A stretch of DNA of 64,000 bases, from positions 6,324,001 through 6,388,000 of the forward strand of contig JAQFVV010000005.1 in NCBI GenBank assembly GCA_028023455.1, given 5' to 3'. The translations under genes and the position numbers were made by a program. Within the stretch, counting starts at the first letter, position 1, and every line of letters starts with the position of its first letter. Shown here one piece after another: positions 1 through 13,499 of the stretch. The notes beneath the pieces are model-generated. The model ran no database searches. It was not told the DNA's origin and saw only the letters and a program-made list of their open reading frames with translations. Origin of the DNA: Epiperipatus broadwayi. Its lineage: Eukaryota; Animalia; Onychophora.

Positions 1-613
1 AATATGAAAATCTATTAATAACAATTAAAGAGTATAGGATTAATATTTCACCAAACAAATGTAGACATTAAAAAAGGGATTAATTAATTTTGAAAGTATT
101 TAGATGCACATACAATTGCAGCTAAATATAATAAAAATTAAATAAATATAAATTAGTGCTACTGCTATTAAATCACAACAGAAATACAATGTCTATAGTC
201 CCATGCAAGCAAGAAGCCCATAAACTCAAAAATTAATAAAATGCAATCATTTTCAACAAATATTCAGTTATATTTGTATGAGATTGGTCTGTGCACATTT
301 CATTATGTTTTTAGTTTTCTTATTCTGCTATCAGTCTGGGTAAAATATTGTAATTCAATTTTGATCTACTTTCCAATTTCTGATCTAACTGAAATTTAGT
401 ATACAATACGTATTCCCAATGAAAATATACTTTTTGTAAAATTTGTAAAAGTTTAAACAAACATTGTAGGCTGTTAATTTTATATGTAATGTTGATGCCA
501 TGGATGTCTAGTAGCATTCCTTATAATTTAAAAACTGAATAATGCGGTAAAAAATGGATCAACTAATTTTTTAAATTTTTTATTAAGATGCTTTAACTTT
601 TGTTTTTAGTTTT

Positions 614-702
614 GCGCAGCTGACTTGCAAGCAAGCAGTTGCTTGTAGATGGTTGCCGCAGGTTCGTTTCCTGGCCAATGCTTTGACATATGAAAAAAAA
701 AA
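614..702 (+). mobile_element. Degenerate tRNA-Gly-derived short SINE copy
   Basis: gcagctgacttgcaagc..gcagttg and ggttcgtttcctggccaatgc resemble the tRNA-Gly anticodon arm, B-box and acceptor end. Followed by tttgacatatg + poly(A), the same tail as at 8890 and 45146. Confidence 0.6.
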
Positions 703-893
703 TCAAAATATAATAAATTATCTCCTTTCAGTAATTCAATGTTATATATATATGAAACAAAAAATTAAAAAAAGAATACTTGTATTCACATAAATACATT
801 AAAAAATAATTTTTTCATCTTTCATAAATAAAAGTATGCAGTATGCTTTATATAAATAGAATTTTTATTTTGTTCATATACATTGTAGTAAAA

Positions 894-952
894 TAATACA
901 TTGTACAGGCTTAAACCTGAAAAATGCAGGTTTAAGCCTGTACAATGTATTA
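894..952. repeat. Perfect inverted repeat, 26-bp arms, 7-nt loop
   Basis: taatacattgtacaggcttaaacctg-aaaaatg-caggtttaagcctgtacaatgtatta. Confidence 0.95.
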
Positions 953-1247
953 ATTTATATAAATAGTGTGTAAAAGGTCTGCCCATTCCTCGCATATGTA
1001 TATATAAATGGATTATTCTCCTGTACATGAGGGGTCAGAATGACTAATATGTCAACATGGGTAGGATGACAACCTTGGCACTATCAAGGGCTTTGAACGT
1101 TCCATCATCAGATTTTCAATGGAATGGAAGGCTAAAGAGTTGTGAGTTGGAATAGTTTGAAGCCTGTCCATTAAAGTATAAATATTGGCTATCTTAATAT
1201 AAAGCTGAGTACTGATTATATATATGTGTGTGAGGATAGTAATCTAG

Positions 1248-1378
1248 ACCAAGTGATGATTGCTGGTTTAGCATGAAATACATATATTGGTGATTATTTA
1301 TCTTTTCAACATGTGTGTGATCAGGTGGGTCATCAATATGAGATGGCACTGAGAGTGGTGGGTCGTGTGAAAGTCTGA
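1248..1378 (+). ncRNA. Family B repeat with decayed minimal hammerhead ribozyme (motif 1248-1291)
   Basis: accaa-gTGATGA-ttgct ggttt agcat-GAAA-tacata-TA-ttggt. Homologous to the reverse complement of 54995-55123. C3 and the stem II closing pair are mutated in this copy. Confidence 0.75.
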
Positions 1379-2079
1379 TTTCGAACCCCGCATATTGTAG
1401 TAAATGAAAAATATTGTTAAAAATGTAAAATTATAATTCTTGCTTAGAAGCCTGCAAAAATTGAAAGTTGAACTTGTTAGATAAAAACCCTGTATAAATT
1501 AATAAAGAAAAGGAAGCAGTAGTAAGATTATTTATAGACATGAGTGTCCCATGCTCTTCATTTATGAAAACTGAAAAAAGCTTATTTTTTTAAATATATT
1601 TTATTTTTATTCTCTTTCCATTTAATTTTATTCTTTTTTGGTAGTATTATTTTCGCTATAATAATTATAGCTGTAAATACATATGTAAATATAATGCATT
1701 GACAAAATTAATAATTAAATAAGTAAAAAAAAATAGCCATTATTCTTGTATAATGATTCTAAATATATACAGAAATTTACATATAATGTTGAATATTTTC
1801 AGTATTAAATAATTATATAATACTCAAAATTGAATCTCAAAGGCAAATTTTTTTGAGAGGAATAGGCAATCTTTTGAAAGACTTAGGCTAGAGGATCACC
1901 GCTATGTATTTCACTTATGAATCTTTGTTGACAAAATTCAAACTGAGAAGAATCTCAAATTTACTAAATATATTAATTAATTTAAAAATATCTAGAATAA
2001 ATTTCTTCATTTGGCTCTCTTGTCTAAATGTTTCACACACATATCTCTTTATATATAAATGAGATATAATAAAATATGA

Positions 2080-2135
2080 GGATTCATTTATTTTTTTTAC
2101 ATGTGTAGTCACGTGTAATGGTTGTTTGAGATGGA
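2080..2135 (+). repeat. Family B partial copy (portion downstream of the ribozyme)
   Basis: gattcatttattttttttacatgtgtagtcacgtgtaatggttgtttgagat aligns with the post-ribozyme part of the 1248 and 54995 copies. Confidence 0.5.
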
Positions 2136-2740
2136 CTAGAAGATGACAAATAATTAAAATTTATAATATAAATAAATTGGAATAAAAATGTAACAATTTG
2201 GAGGGTTTTTTTTTTGAATAAGAGAAGACTTTTAAATCACCCGCAGCTCTAATATTTGTAGCTATACCACTGTTGTGAATAGGATTTAATAAAACAAGGC
2301 ATTCACTGTTGTTATTACAGCATATAATAATGTCGTATTCCAAGAAAAAATTCTCATTAGAGATAGTTAAAAATAAACAGTTGTAGCATTACAACAAAAG
2401 GTGCCTGGTGGATGATAATAATTATAAAAAAATGATCAAGTAGTAATAAATTTATACAAATGTTAAACTATGCATGCATCTAAATAATATAAACGGTGCA
2501 TTAAAGCTCTTAGAGGCTAAAAGGGCAACAAATCCTCAATTTTGATGATGAAAAATGAAAACCACCAATAATGATCACATATTGTTTGATTTTAGAATTT
2601 CATTAATTAACTGATCTTTAACTTTACAAAAACATTAATTCTGTATAGTGCTTAATTCTAAATTACAATTAATTAGTAAAAATTCAAATTATTTAAGAAG
2701 GTATGGATTTGAATATAATATTTTGAAATGAATCATTACT

Positions 2741-3045
2741 ACACATCACATGATCATCATTTTCTATGCTTACACAAGCTGTTAAAATAGTGACAAACTC
2801 TCTATGCAGTAGTGCCATACAGTGCAAGCCGTAATAATGATGCAAGATTTATGCATAAAATGCCTATCTAGTGCTCTCAGATCCAAGGCTCCTTAATAAT
2901 GAAAGCCATAAGCTAGAAACTAGTTTGGGGATATTGGATAAGTAGGGACTAGATAGAAATTTTATGCACAAACTTTCTTGTATTCATTGATTGTTATGGC
3001 CTGCATTGGGTAGCCCACTGTATAAAGAATTTGTCACTGTTTTTA
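2741..3045. mobile_element. Family A fold-back element (Penelope/retrozyme-like) with decayed hammerhead at 2890-2931 (+)
   Basis: Inverted arms ~2785-2875 and ~2945-3045. Centre reads tcctta-ataatga-a-agc cataa gct-a-gaaa-ctagtt-tgggga, homologous to 53897-53938. Confidence 0.8.
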
Positions 3046-3360
3046 TTAGCAAAGTCCTAAAAAATTTTGAAGTGAGAAATAATGCAAAATAGTATGCATA
3101 TATTTTTCACTGGTGTACATTTACCAAAATTTATTTTAAACTAATTTTCTAGAGTTCAGAGATCAACTTCTTTAAATATACTCAACCTATATTTAATAAA
3201 AGCTTGTTAAAATTTATAATGCAGCTTTGGCAAACAATAGCAAATTTCCATCAATGATAATCAAATGTTTTCACCTGGTTGTAGAATTTTGCATACATGC
3301 TTAGAAATTAAAAAACAACAACTATAGAAAACTTTGGACAGTAAGTTTATTAAAACAAAA

Positions 3361-3632
3361 TGTTTACACAGAGGCAAAACTATCCATACAATAGAACCAC
3401 TCAGTGTGAGCCAGAGTAATCAATGGATGCACGAAGGTTTGTGCATAAAATTCCTATCTAGTGTCTACTTATCCAATAGTTCCAGAATAGTTTCTAGCTT
3501 GTGGCTTTCATTAGTGAGGAATCTTGGGTTTAAGAGAAATGAGTAATGCTACTATATGGAGAGTTTTGCCTCAGTGTAAACAGCTTATTTAAGCATAAAG
3601 AATGGTGATCATGTGATGTTTAGTGGTTTAAA
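3361..3632. mobile_element. Family A fold-back element with decayed hammerhead at 3480-3520 (-)
   Basis: Arms tgtttacacagaggcaaaac / gttttgcctcagtgtaaaca match 19/20. Internal sequence aligns with 53781-53960. Ends in the family terminus atggtgatcatgtgatgtttagtggtttaaaa. Confidence 0.85.
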
Positions 3633-3647
3633 AAAAATGTTGCTAAA

Positions 3648-3784
3648 TAATATTTCTGTAGTGTAATTTTCACTACATGACTCTCAAGCAAGAGAGGGAC
3701 TGGTTTATATCCACTTTTAATATCTTGTGGACGGGTGCAATCATAAACATATAACTAGTGAGAAATTACACAACAGAAATATTA
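3648..3784. mobile_element. MITE-like element, ~137 bp, ~28-bp imperfect TIRs
   Basis: taatatttctgtagtgtaattttcacta ... tagtgagaaattacacaacagaaatatta. Confidence 0.7.
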
Positions 3785-4216
3785 CTCATTAAATGGGTAA
3801 TCTCTAATCTAATGAATGACTAATAAAATTATTAAAAAGTTACAAAATTTGAACATTACAAGCTAACCATAAAGCAATTTTGTTCAAATATAAATAAATT
3901 TTTTATTACCAGTTTGAAATACAGAGGCAACTTTTTATTTTGAATTATATGAAAACAAATTTGCTATAATATTATTGAAATAATTACATAAACTATTCAA
4001 ATCAGATATCACATCTTATAATCAAATATACTATGGTTAACTTATTAATTAACATTAAAAAAATTTCCCACAAATTAATAAACGATCTAACAAATTTTGT
4101 AATATAATCAATCAGTTGGAGAACTAAAAATACCTGCAGAGTATAAATAATATAAGAAGAAAAATTTCATCAGATTTTTAGATAGTAAGATTTTATTAAA
4201 TAAAGAAAGTACTAAA

Positions 4217-7200
4217 TATGTGATGTGATGCACTGTGACTTCTCCTTACATGGAGTCAGGAATCGCTCAGCAACAATTCCCAGAAAAACCTGTTAGCCAT
4301 TATACCTTCCCTCTCCATTCCCCACCCTAAGTTTTCCCATATCCATTTCCACAACATAATCTTTGTCAACTCTATAGGCTTTATATCTAACTCCCTCTTA
4401 TCTTTTCCCAAACCCAACATAAAAATCAATAACTCACTTTCTATATAATCACTTTCCTTATATTTATTCTTCCACAACTTTATTATTTGTATCCTTTCTG
4501 CTTTCAAGCATTTACATTCAATAAACAGATGCATAATATGTTCTATGTTTTCCTTACAAAACTTGCATACTAAATCACCCAGATTTTTCCATTTATGTGT
4601 ATAATCCCTTATTGCTAACGATCCAATTCAAGCCTTAAACAGTAAACTACGTTCTATGCTATTATCATAAATTAACTCTCACCTAATATTCCATTTACTT
4701 CTATATATATTTAAACTTTTTTTACTCTCCATACTAGTCCTCCATCTTTCCAACTCTCTATTCTTTATTGATGCATCTATTCTTCTACCCCATTTCTTAT
4801 CACTATAACACTCAACAATTCTCCTAACACAATCATCTCACTTTTTGTACAAGTATACTGACATAAATTCTTTATCCAAATCTTCTGCATATCACATTAC
4901 CTTCCTCACCCATCTTGTTACCTGGCCTTTATTCATAGCCCAATTCAATACAATTTTGGCTATTGTTTTATTATCCATAAACTGCAATCTATCAAACATT
5001 TTCATTTTGCTTTTTGCATCCCTCATATAAAAACTTGACCATCCCATTGCTCCTTGAATTGCCTCCTTTGCAGTCCACACATCTTTATCTAATGCATGTT
5101 TTCCTACTTTTCTTTGTACTTTTCCAAGTAATCTAATATCCCTTTACTATCACATAATGCATCATTACCATATGTTAACCCTGTTGCTGTCACTTCCATA
5201 CAATTCTAGCTACATATTTATTATATGAAAACTTTCTTTATCAATCCATTTCTTTTCTCTGCTTCATTTATCAATTTTTTCTTCCATTCATCCAAGCAAT
5301 TTTTCTGATTACTTAAGATGATTCCCAAATAGTTATATCTATTCACCACACTTAACTTTACATCCCCCAATAAAAATTCTTTGTCTTCTCTTTCCCCAAT
5401 ATTAATCATTACTTTTGATTTTTCTTCACTAAACTTAATCCCCATCTCTTTACCAACCTTTGTGCATGTCCTCAGCTTAACTTTCATATCTTCCCTTCTT
5501 TATGCACACAAAAAGACATCATCTGCAAAGAAAAGACCAGATAATGTGTCCTTGCCACCTATTAATGCTATCACTATTCCACTTTTTAATCATTCTATTG
5601 CTCTCAAATACAACAAAAACAAAATAGGTGACATAGGGCATCCTTACCTTAGTCCCACCTTATTTTTTACTTTAACTGATTCAATATTCCCTAATCGATA
5701 TGTATAGTAATTATTTTCATATAATTTCTTAATAATATCTACTAAAGTTCCATCCATTCCCAAATTTACTAAACTTACCCATAATCCATTTCTATTTACT
5801 CTACAATATGCCTTCTCTATTTCTATAAAACCCATATATAACTGTCTATCTGTATACCTACCTACTCATATCCATAAGTTGTGTAACTACAAATAAACAA
5901 TCTCCTATTTGCCTATCCAACCAAAAACCTCCTTGCATTTCTCCCACTATATTATTTTCTTCCATCCATTTTGCAACTCTTTCAGCCACCATATATGAAA
6001 AAACTTTATATAAAACTGATTTACTGCTGATCACTCTACAATTGTTTAACTTTCTATGATCCTTACCCTTTCCTTTAAATAGTAGTCTTACTCTGGTATT
6101 ACTCCAACTATTCGGAAAAACTCTCTTCTGTACCATCTGATTAAAACACGATAATAATTTTACTTTTGCCCTAAATTCATTACCATCTCTGCTTCCCATC
6201 CATCTAAACCTCTTACCTTTCCCACTTTTCAATTTATTCCCTGCCTCATTCAGTTCATTTTCTGTAAACCTAATATTCCCATTATTACATGCTTTCATGT
6301 TTGCTATAACTCTGTCCTTCACATCTAACATCTTTTCTGTATCCATTACATACTTATTTAATATTATCTCTAATTCTTCTCTAGAGCTACTCTCATCATC
6401 TAATAATACTATCTCTCTTCTCCTTACATTTCTTCTTTTAATGTATTTCCAAATTTTTTTTACTCCCATCTCTTCCAATATCCTCCAATAATTTACTATT
6501 CAATTTCATTCTCTCTTTCTATAATTATCTATTTTAGCCAACTTTTTTATGTACTTTTCCCATTTAACATTAACATGCTTTTAATTTTCTTTGTTCTTAA
6601 TAACACACTTATATTCTCTGCATGCTTTCCCCCACTCTTTTACACTTTTTTATTACTTTTACTCTTCTGAATATTCTTACCTAAAACCCTATTTGCCACC
6701 TTCTCTTTTGCACCACAAACTCCCCCCTAACCAATTCTTCCATGTTTTCTTCAACTTTTATTTTATACTCTTCTAACTTACTCTTATCATTCACTGTCCA
6801 TCAGCATCTTTCACTATTGTTTCTATTTTCCATTACATTACTAACCATTTCTATTATAAAAAAATTATGATCACTATTACGTACTCTCTCTTCATTATCA
6901 AACACCTTAATTTTCCGTATTTTATTCATTACCTCTTTCTCTACTAATACATAATCTATTGTGTGAAATATATTATTTTTAGACCATGTGTATTGTCCCT
7001 CATAAATATTTGATAAATTTTCAACGCTCAAATTCACTCTCTGACAAAAATTCTTCAAAAGTTATCCATTCTTATTACTTACATCATCAATTTCTTCAAT
7101 ATGCCCATTTATATCCCTATAACCATTATTCTCTTTCCCTTTTCTTTAAAACTCTGCATATCCTTAACTAGGCATTCATATATGCTGTTCCACTCCATTA

Positions 7201-7680
7201 TAGTTTGACTATTTCCAGTATCTATATACACTATAATCACCATCCATTCTTGTCTTCCTAACCTTATCTCAAACTACAAATGTTCTTGACATTAAACAGT
7301 ATTTAAATATTTTTTGACATAACTCCTACATCACTATCCTTTTATTCTTTTCCTTTTTTATTTATACCCTACCATACCAAGTCTTTCAGAATAGGTTCTT
7401 CTTCTTCTCTCAGATGTGTTTCCATTACTGCTAATATCTCAAGCTCTTAATTTTTAACTATTTTGTTTAATTCCAGCCACTTTTTTGGTCTCCTACCACC
7501 TTGCATTTTCAAATACCCAATTTCTTTTTTTCTAATTACTCTTTTATAAATTCTTTTGACTTTCTTCTCCATTACATTTATAAATAACTTGCTTATGATT
7601 AATTTTACAGACCCATTCCCTCTCCACATCTACATTTATATCTAAATCAGTTACCGTTTATTTCTTACATCCCATCCATT
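4217..7680 (-). mobile_element. Decayed non-LTR retrotransposon (LINE) ORF2: APE endonuclease, RT and C-terminal Cys/His region; clade not assigned
   Basis: APE motifs ELEILAVMETHL (~7400-7445) and IDYVLV..NSDHNF (ORF 6801-7058). RT motifs GGFWLDRQIGD, FIEIEKAY, GCPMSPILF, LFFADD, YLGIIL. 3' tail of (CATCA)n on the minus strand. Many stops and frameshifts. Confidence 0.92.
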
Positions 7681-8750
7681 GTGATCACTATAACTTCTCT
7701 TATACAAAGTCAGGAATCTCTCAGCAACTATGCCCAGAGAAACCTGTTAGCCACTTTACCTTTCCTTTCCATTCCCCAGCCTAAGTTTTTCCATAATCTG
7801 CTCGATCCCATTTCCACAACATAATCTTTGTCAACTCCATGGCCTTCATATCTAAATCCCCCTTCTTTTTTCAAACCCAGCATAAAAAGCAATAATCCAC
7901 TTTCTGTAAAATCACTTTGTTCATATTTATTCTTCCATAACTTCATTATTTGTACCCTTTCTGCTTTCAAGCATTTACATTGAATTAACAGATGCCTAAT
8001 ATTTTCTATGCCTTCCTGCACAACTTGCAGACTAAATCACCCATATTTTTCCATTCACGTATATATTTCCTTGTTGCTAAAGATCCTGTTTGAGCCTTAA
8101 ACAGCCTTGCTATTATTATAAATTAACTAGCATCCAATGTTACATTTACTTCTATATATATTTAAACTCTTTTTACCTTTCATACTAGTTCTCCATCTCT
8201 CCAACCCCCTATTCTTTATTAATGCATCTATTCTTCTATCCCATTCCTTACCAGCATAACACTCAACAATCCCCCTAACACAATCATCCCACCTTTTGTA
8301 CAAGTATACTGATATAAATTCATTATCCAAATCTGCTGCATATGACATTACCTTTCTCACCCATCTTGTTGCCTGCCCTTTACTCGTAATTCAATTACTA
8401 TTTTGGCTATTCTTTTATTATCCATAAACTACAATCCACTGAACATTTCCATTTTGCATCTCTCATATAAAAACTTGACCATCCCATTTCTCCATGAATT
8501 GCCTTCCTTAGCTGTCCACACATCTGCATCTAATGCATGTCTTCCTACTTCCCTTTGTACTTTTTCTAAGTAATCTAATACCTCTTTACTAACACTTAAC
8601 ACATCACTGCCATATGTTAACCCTGCTACTGCAACTCCCTTCCATACAATTCTAGCTATATCATATTTATTAGATGAAAACACTGTTAATTTTTTTTATC
8701 AATCCCTTTTTTTCTTTGCTTTATTTATCATTTTTTTTCTCCCATTCATT
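7681..8750 (-). mobile_element. Second, 5'-truncated copy of the same LINE family (3' ~1.07 kb)
   Basis: ORFs 7728-8021, 8127-8360 and 8429-8683 parallel those at 4256-5200. The 3' end gtgatcactataacttctcttatacaaagtcaggaatc aligns with 4226-4264. Confidence 0.9.
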
Positions 8751-8889
8751 GATGTGTTGTGATGTACTGTCGTCTATGAGAAATTAAATTAATCTATACA
8801 ATTAAATTATCTAAATTGTTAGTCCAAGGGCATAAAAGTACAGTTCTAATGCACACTATTACATATGCAATTTAAAAATACAACAGCAG

Positions 8890-8976
8890 TCAAGCGTTGA
8901 TGGTCGAGTGGTCAGCACAGCTGCCTTACAAGCAGTTGTCCCGGGTTCGCCGATGCTTTGACACATGAAAAAAAAA
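8890..8976 (+). mobile_element. tRNA-Gly-derived SINE / retroposed tRNA with 16-bp TSD
   Basis: gcgttgatggtcgagtggtcagcacagctgccttacaagcagttgtcccgggttcg closely matches eukaryotic tRNA-Gly(TCC), with the anticodon mutated and part of the T-arm deleted. Tail tttgacacatg-A(n). TSD aaaaatacaacagcag at 8874-8889 and 8977-8992. Confidence 0.85.
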
Positions 8977-9333
8977 AAAAATACAACAGCAGAAATGAAC
9001 AAGTTAAATTTCTTTACCAAATTAAAAGTTCTATTTTTAAAAAAATATATATTTGTTTTATCCAGCCTATGCCGAATGAAAATAATAAATCAAATTCAGA
9101 CCAAACAAACACTTGGATAGATTTAATAATTAATTAATGAAATATATGTATTAGTATAGCAATTATTAAAAATATAGAATATACCTACAAAATAATTATG
9201 AAGATATAATTTGGTTATTAATAACATATTTACAATTATTTTATCCGAAGGTGGTAATTGAAGTCTTTTAATCCTAGATCCGTTTTGAAACCTTCGGAGA
9301 CGGATCTCTCTGGCTCCTGCATTTACTTGCTAC

Positions 9334-9373
9334 AAGTATAATTCCGAAAAAAAAAAAAAAGTATAATTCCGAA
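9334..9373 (+). repeat. 15-bp direct duplication flanking a pure A-tract
   Basis: aagtataattccgaa-A10-aagtataattccgaa. Confidence 0.85.
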
Positions 9374-10660
9374 TATAGTTCTAAGCAACTTTGTAGCGGA
9401 AGAGCATTGTAAAAGAGAGCGAGTCTCTCGTTGCTCTTCTATTTATCTTTTATTCTTCTATTCTATGTAATAATTTTAAACTTGGAGGGGAGGGGTAATT
9501 AATGACAGTTAAAAGTTTAATTAAACTAGTTTAGTTAAATTCTTCTCTAATTAAGCATAAGATAAGATGTCAAAATTCCAACGAAATATGTAACAATATT
9601 GACTAATAAAAATACATATTTACTTCTTTATATCTGCTTTCCGTAGCTCTCTTAGCAGATTATTATAACCATATTTTAAAGATGCAGCTGCAAAAATTAA
9701 CGAAATATATTATTTTACTTAAATGACAATTCTAATGTTTTAAAAAGTTGTATTCAATAATAAAAATACATGTTATTATTTACTTTTTTACAGCGCAATT
9801 AAACTTAACCACTCGTTACCCAGCACATTTATTATCATCAGTGAAATAACATCCTGCCGAAAGAACAAGTGAATGAGACATAAATTTGGATTTTCTCCGT
9901 GGAATCCAATCTATAATCACTAATCAAACGATTTTTGTTCCAAAAAAACGACAATAAGTGCATAAAATATTATTATTATGGTTGCAGCCCTGAAATGTCA
10001 ATTTAAAACACAGGGATTTAAAAATGTGAGCAGTATATAATTTGCAGATGTTATTTAATAGCTCTAAAATTTCTGGAATTAAATCCATCTTACTTCAGAG
10101 GATCTTATTAATATCTGCAACAATGAATTATGAAGTGCTTTCTTGAACATTAGGATATCCCATCTGAATTGATACAAGAGAACAATGAATTTTCAGCAAG
10201 AGTTGACTACATTTGAACATTTAAACTTCTGAGACATCACATTGATGTTCTGTTACTTAGGTTTAATGTAAATCATAAAATTTTATTAAAACATTTTGTA
10301 TTATGACCAGTCATTTGGACAAAGAATGGTTTTTGTCATGCTCTATAATTATATGTTTTATTTAAAATAAATAAAGAATTGTGGAAATATTTGTATTCAA
10401 AATTATTTAGTTGCAATATTGCCATTTAATCTCCAAAATACCTATGGTATATTATTCCAAATACACAACTTAATATAAAACATGAATCACAAAAATTATA
10501 AAAAGGTTTTTAACACAGAAACTTTTAAGTAGTTATGGCATTTAATATGAATTGTCTGCAAAATCCAATGGTCAAATCACCTGATATACTTTTACATATA
10601 AAAGACATTTAAACTAATTTGATAATACTGGTTGACATCTTAGTAAATCTTAATGTTAAT

Positions 10661-10812
10661 ACAGGCAAAACTCACTATATATATTTTTCCACACATTACT
10701 CTAGCTTGCTGTGTGTGGCAAAAAAATATATATATAGTGAGTTTTGCCTGTTTTAACAACAGTTATACACAAGCATAAGAGATGGTCATGTGATGGTTAT
10801 TGGCTTAAAATC
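10661..10812. mobile_element. Family A short fold-back copy (hairpin 10661-10751)
   Basis: acaggcaaaactcactatatatattttt-ccacaca ... tgtgtggc-aaaaaaatatatatatagtgagttttgcctgt, followed by the family terminus ...gtcatgtgatggttattggcttaaaatc. Confidence 0.85.
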
Positions 10813-11199
10813 TTAATGTTGTTAATATATTTTCCTCAAGAGAGGAAAAGCGCTTATTTCAATCCTCTGCTGTTAAACGATTTTGTACAACCATGTCAAT
10901 TCCCCAGAACTTCTATTCTTTGTTGAAGAGATTTATGACAATAATGAGATATTAGGTAGTATGGCTTCTGATTTTTTAGTGATACATAAACATCAACACC
11001 ATGAATCTGCTACATCAAAAAGCTTATTAAATGCCCTTCATTCTTGTTTCAATTTAAATATACTGTAAATGCTATGCGCCAAGAGTATTCTTAGTACTGA
11101 GAGGAGGGCATTGGCAATTTTAAATAAACTCAAACACAGGTTAAAATAACAAAACAAACTTATTAATTGACAAATAACAAAAAAGAAAAACATTAAATA

Positions 11200-12650
11200 A
11201 TAAATAACAATTAGAAATTTCTAAAGTCTATTCATAAGCTTCTATATCTGTCAATTTCTACACACACACAGAATATATTTTCAATCCATTGTTTTGTGTC
11301 TGAAATGAAGACAGTTTAGTCCATTTTTGCATAACTATTTCTTACTTTTAATATACATTTAAATCTATGTTTGACATATACAGATTTTCTACAGCAGCAT
11401 AATAATTAGAAGATATTTTATTCATGTACTACCTTCATATATTTACATAGTTAAATAACAAACTTTATTTACATTTGTGTATATATATTCACAGCCAGTT
11501 CACTCTGCCATCCCATTCTAAAAGTAATGTTTTTATTTGCACATATTATCCTCTAATTTAGCAGATTTTCTGTGTAAGCATGCACTTTTAATAAAAAGTT
11601 TTTCTTCCTCTTCGTATGAAGTTATAATCTTTTCTCCTTGTTAGAATGCTATTTAAATAACAAGATCTTCCTTTGATTCAATAGTTTGATCTTTGAATTA
11701 TTTTTTCCAGTTTGATGTATTTCCACAGTTTGCTTCTCCATTCCAAGAAAATTAATTTAACGCAAATATTATCTACATCTAGTGTCCCACTTTTAAGATG
11801 CCATAAATTATTTATATGTCTTTTAAACTTTTATCTGTTATCCAATTTTATTAATATTATTGCCTAAGTAAGATTTTCAATATTTCCCCTGGTAGTCAAT
11901 ATTTTTTAAAGCATTGTGTAAAGATGGTTACATGTATATCAGATTTTGTAAATGTGTAACTTAGCATTCAGTTCTAAATATGTACATTAATTCTATTATA
12001 AATACAATTGTTTGTATTAAACTAATGCTATAATTATTTCTCATAACTATTGAAGCATTGTGTCATGTGTCTTTTATTTTATTTTTGAAAGATTTACATT
12101 TGTTTGCTCTGATCTCCCTAGTTGAGGACATAACATGGACAAAATGCCAAATAAGTTATCTGGAGTTCAAAACAGAGGAAGTTGTCCTTTTTAAAGTGAA
12201 AAACTTGAAACTTCTGATTTTACATAAAATTTTAATGTTAATGATTCAGACACATGGCCAAACACTATGAACATAAAAAATTAGTTGAAAATTTTACTAG
12301 TCAGGTAGTTAATAAGGATTTTTCTAGAGATGAGTCTGGTCACAAGGTTTCAGAATTATTATTTACCACATGCGGAAAAAAATTTCTATAAGTTATTTTA
12401 TAGCTACCAAAACCAGGAGAATTAATACGTGAATAAAAATATAAAAGTGTAAATAATTCTAATTTTCTTAATGTTTTATAGTTTCTGTATAAATGTTTAT
12501 AGAATTCATTTGGTTTTAATTTAAACATTTTTTCATTGAATTGGGGTAGTTGGAATTTTATTTGCACAAAAGTATCTTTACCCACATCAATATTGTACAG
12601 TAATATATAGTCACCATTTAAAATCATAATTATGTAATGAACAACTTTAG
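11200..12650 (-). mobile_element. Possible highly degraded LINE remnant
   Basis: Purine-rich minus strand. Fragmentary resemblance to the RT N-terminus (NSPGFG..I.YRNFF in ORF 12340-12654) and a terminal Cys-containing stretch. No clean catalytic motif; boundaries approximate. Confidence 0.35.
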
Positions 12651-13499
12651 ACACTCTAAACAGTACCTGTTGATAGGTAATAATTTAGTTAATTTATTAT
12701 CAGTTCTTAGCTTATAATTTATTAGCATATAAAACTATAAGATTACTTTATATTAGATTAAATTATAATAATTTCTAAATAAGCTTTCTGTTGATACATC
12801 TTTAATCACAAATGTTTCAATATTTTCCAACTATTTTGAAATTGGAAATTAATTTCTGCTTATTTATAATAAAATTTGAGTATTATTATCATTTTTTATG
12901 TAAATTGTTGCATATTATGTGGCTAAAATAACAATTGATTAAAGTCTTGGAATTTTTTTTTTATCATGCACAAAATTCAACTAGTAGGAAATTTTCTTTT
13001 TCATACTTGTAATGTGATATATAAAATAAAATGATGAACTATGACTAGAGAGGCTATTTACTAATATTAAGTTAATATTATAAAAACATGAATTTATGAC
13101 AAAAAAGTTTTCTAAATTTATTATCAATGTATTCATGGATACTTTTATTCAGGGCCAAAATCCAGGTATCTGGGCAAAATGAAATATTGAGTCTCTATTT
13201 TTAAAGATTTCAAAATATTATAGGAAAGATTTTAATGTACAAGAAATTAAATATAAAATGTTTTTGCTGTATTTTTATAATTTTAAAAAGTTTTATTGAT
13301 CTATAAGATTACAAGCAGCACTTAGAACTACATACATAGGATAGAGTAAGAAGAGACTCGAGATTACAAATAAACAAAAAAAGAGGTATGTAAATTACAT
13401 AATATGCATGTCTTTTTTATCCTATGAAAAAAGTGAGAAAATTAAAAATTCTAGGTATCACAAATTGACAATTTTGAAAGCAACTTGGCATCATTATTT

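Noticed and set aside
822-1028. ORF with a YIHMRGMGRPF stretch reminiscent of a GIY-YIG motif; likewise ORF 2161-2343 as a Penelope linker
   Set aside because: Resemblance is too short, and orientation does not match the neighbouring hammerhead copies. An HMM search would be needed.
1081-1111. Minus-strand CUGAUGA-uggaacguuc-aaag, hammerhead-like
   Set aside because: No GAAA, no R-Y closing pair and no convincing stems I/III. It could be a decayed motif but is unsupported without other copies.
5381-7171. Several plus-strand ORFs of 60-108 aa
   Set aside because: Antisense to the LINE ORF2 and low-complexity hydrophobic in composition.
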